A stretch of DNA of 64,000 nucleotides, taken from positions 1,735 to 65,734 of the forward strand of contig JBQMZB010000001.1 in NCBI GenBank assembly GCA_052171195.1, given 5' to 3'. This document shows, piece by piece, positions 62,493-64,000 of the stretch (position 1 is the stretch's first letter; every line of letters starts with the position of its first letter). Below the pieces are notes generated by a model, which was not told the origin of the DNA, searched no databases, and saw nothing but the letters and a program-made list of their open reading frames with translations. The position numbers and the translations under genes were made by a program. This DNA comes from Bacillales bacterium. GTDB taxonomy: Bacteria; Bacillota_I; Bacilli_A; RFN20; CAG-826.

Positions 62493-64000
62493 ATGGAATT
62501 AAGAAATATTGCAATTATCGCACACGTAGATCATGGTAAAACGACTTTAGTCAATCAGTTACTTAAATCTTCCAATACCTTCCGTGATAATGAAAAAATA
62601 TTAGATAGAGTTATGGATAATGATCCAATCGAAAGAGAAAGAGGAATTACCATTTTAGCAAAAACAACCTCTATTTTTTATAAAGATACAAAAATTAATA
62701 TTTTAGATACTCCTGGTCATGCTGACTTTGGGGGGGAAGTTGAAAGAATTATGCATATGGTTGATGGTTGCTTACTTCTTGTCGATGCTTTTGAAGGAAC
62801 AATGCCTCAAACAAGATTTGTTCTTAAAAAAGCTATTGAAGCTAATGTTAAACCTATCGTAATTGTTAATAAAATAGATAGACCAAATGCAGATCCAGAA
62901 AAAAGTGTTGACGAAGTATTACAACTTTTTATGGAATTAGGCGCAAATGATAATTTTTTAGATTTTAAAGTTGCATACACTAGCGCATTAAATGGTACTT
63001 CCTCACTTTCATCAAATCCTGAAGATCAAAAAGAAGGTATGAATGATATTTTTGACTTAATATTAAAAGAAATCCCTGCTCCAAAAGTAAGTAAAGATGG
63101 TCCTTTACAATGCCAAGTTACAATGCTTGATTATAATGATTATGTCGGACGTATGGGAATTGGTCGAATTGAAAGAGGAACAATTAAAAATAATTCAAAT
63201 GTTATTTGTTCTAGAAGAGATGGTTCGACTAAACAATTTAAAATTCAAAAATTATATGGTTATTTTGGATTAAAAAAGGAAGAAATTAATGAAGCTTCTG
63301 CAGGAGAAATCGTTGCAATTGCTGGTCTTCCAGATATAAATGTTGGTGAAACAATTTGTGATACAGACTGTGTTGAACCATTAAAACCTTTACATATTGA
63401 TGAACCTACAATGACTATGACTTTTGGAACTAACTCTTCTCCTTTAGCAGGTATTGATGGAAAATTTTTAACTGCTAGACATATCGAAGAAAGACTATTC
63501 AAAGAAGTTCAAAAAGATGTCTCTTTAAAAGTAACTAGAGTTCCAAATAAAGAATCATGGGTTGTTGCAGGACGTGGAGAACTTCATTTAAGTATTTTAA
63601 TTGAGAATATGAGAAGAGAAGGTTTTGAACTTGAAGTATCTAGACCTGAAGTTATTATAAAAGAAATTGATGGAGTAAAATGTGAACCTTACGAAGATTT
63701 AATGGTGAATATTCCAAATGATTTTGTCGGAGATGTTATGACAAATTTAGGTAATAGAAACGCTATTTTAGAAGATATGGATAGTAATGATAGCACAACT
63801 CGTATTAATTATGTCATTCCTTCAAGAGGATTATTAGGTTTTGTAACTAACTATTTAACATTAACAAAAGGTTATGGCATTATCGCTCACTCATTTAAAG
63901 AATATCGTCCATTAGACACTAAAACTATTGGAGAAAGATCTATTGGAGTTCTTGTTGCAACTGAAAAAGGACAAGCTACACCATATGCTTTACAACACGT
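62493..64000 (+). CDS. typA: Translational GTPase TypA/BipA (C-terminus beyond window end)
   Basis: Not in the track because no stop lies in the window. ATG at 62493 after SD AAAGGAG. MELRNIAIIAHVDHGKTTLVNQ, DTPGHADFGGEVER, NKIDR. Confidence 0.9.
   Translation, partial: MELRNIAIIAHVDHGKTTLVNQLLKSSNTFRDNEKILDRVMDNDPIERERGITILAKTTSIFYKDTKINILDTPGHADFGGEVERIMHMVDGCLLLVDAFEGTMPQTRFVLKKAIEANVKPIVIVNKIDRPNADPEKSVDEVLQLFMELGANDNFLDFKVAYTSALNGTSSLSSNPEDQKEGMNDIFDLILKEIPAPKVSKDGPLQCQVTMLDYNDYVGRMGIGRIERGTIKNNSNVICSRRDGSTKQFKIQKLYGYFGLKKEEINEASAGEIVAIAGLPDINVGETICDTDCVEPLKPLHIDEPTMTMTFGTNSSPLAGIDGKFLTARHIEERLFKEVQKDVSLKVTRVPNKESWVVAGRGELHLSILIENMRREGFELEVSRPEVIIKEIDGVKCEPYEDLMVNIPNDFVGDVMTNLGNRNAILEDMDSNDSTTRINYVIPSRGLLGFVTNYLTLTKGYGIIAHSFKEYRPLDTKTIGERSIGVLVATEKGQATPYALQH

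Overview
This is a very AT-rich, gene-dense chromosomal segment, with roughly 50 of about 59 CDS on the minus strand. It looks like a low-GC, wall-less Firmicute or Mollicutes-like anaerobe (Acholeplasma, Erysipelotrichia or RF39 type). The standard genetic code appears to apply: long ORFs are intact under table 11, TGA is used as a stop, and the only tRNA-Trp has a CCA anticodon.

Most of the content is housekeeping:
- Translation and RNA modification: tyrS (partial), leuS with a T-box leader, trmB, rlmN, trmL, rqcH, typA (partial), tex.
- The conserved gmk...rsmB-like-rlmN-prpC-prkC-rpe cluster.
- Transport: a feoAAB operon with a divergent DtxR-type regulator, a potABCD polyamine transporter, and a Mollicutes-style oppBCDF-oppA oligopeptide transporter lying beside a large S8 cell-envelope protease.
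- Metabolism and stress: PPi-type phosphofructokinase, peptidases, rubrerythrin, peroxiredoxin, and hsp20 behind two CIRCE-like operators.
- Five dispersed tRNA genes (Cys, Arg, Leu, Trp, Thr).

Accessory-looking content:
- A DpnII-type (GATC) restriction-modification pair next to tRNA-Trp.
- A tandem pair of collagen-like (Gly-X-Y) lipoproteins.
- A zinc-ribbon membrane protein with three perfect 33-bp in-frame repeats.

I saw no CRISPR array, transposase, integrase, prophage or rRNA. I could not identify a clear multi-gene novel defence-type system.

The most unusual items I can support from the sequence:
- the collagen-like lipoprotein pair;
- a TrmB-YtpR gene fusion that keeps an internal SD and ATG;
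- an RsmB homologue that has lost every catalytic and SAM-binding motif;
- a dual CIRCE-bracketed hsp20 promoter;
- a candidate metalloregulator operator shared by the divergent feo and regulator promoters;
- the surface proteolysis and oligopeptide uptake cluster with large lineage-specific insertions.

All functional calls rest on motif and family recognition by eye. No database search was run.
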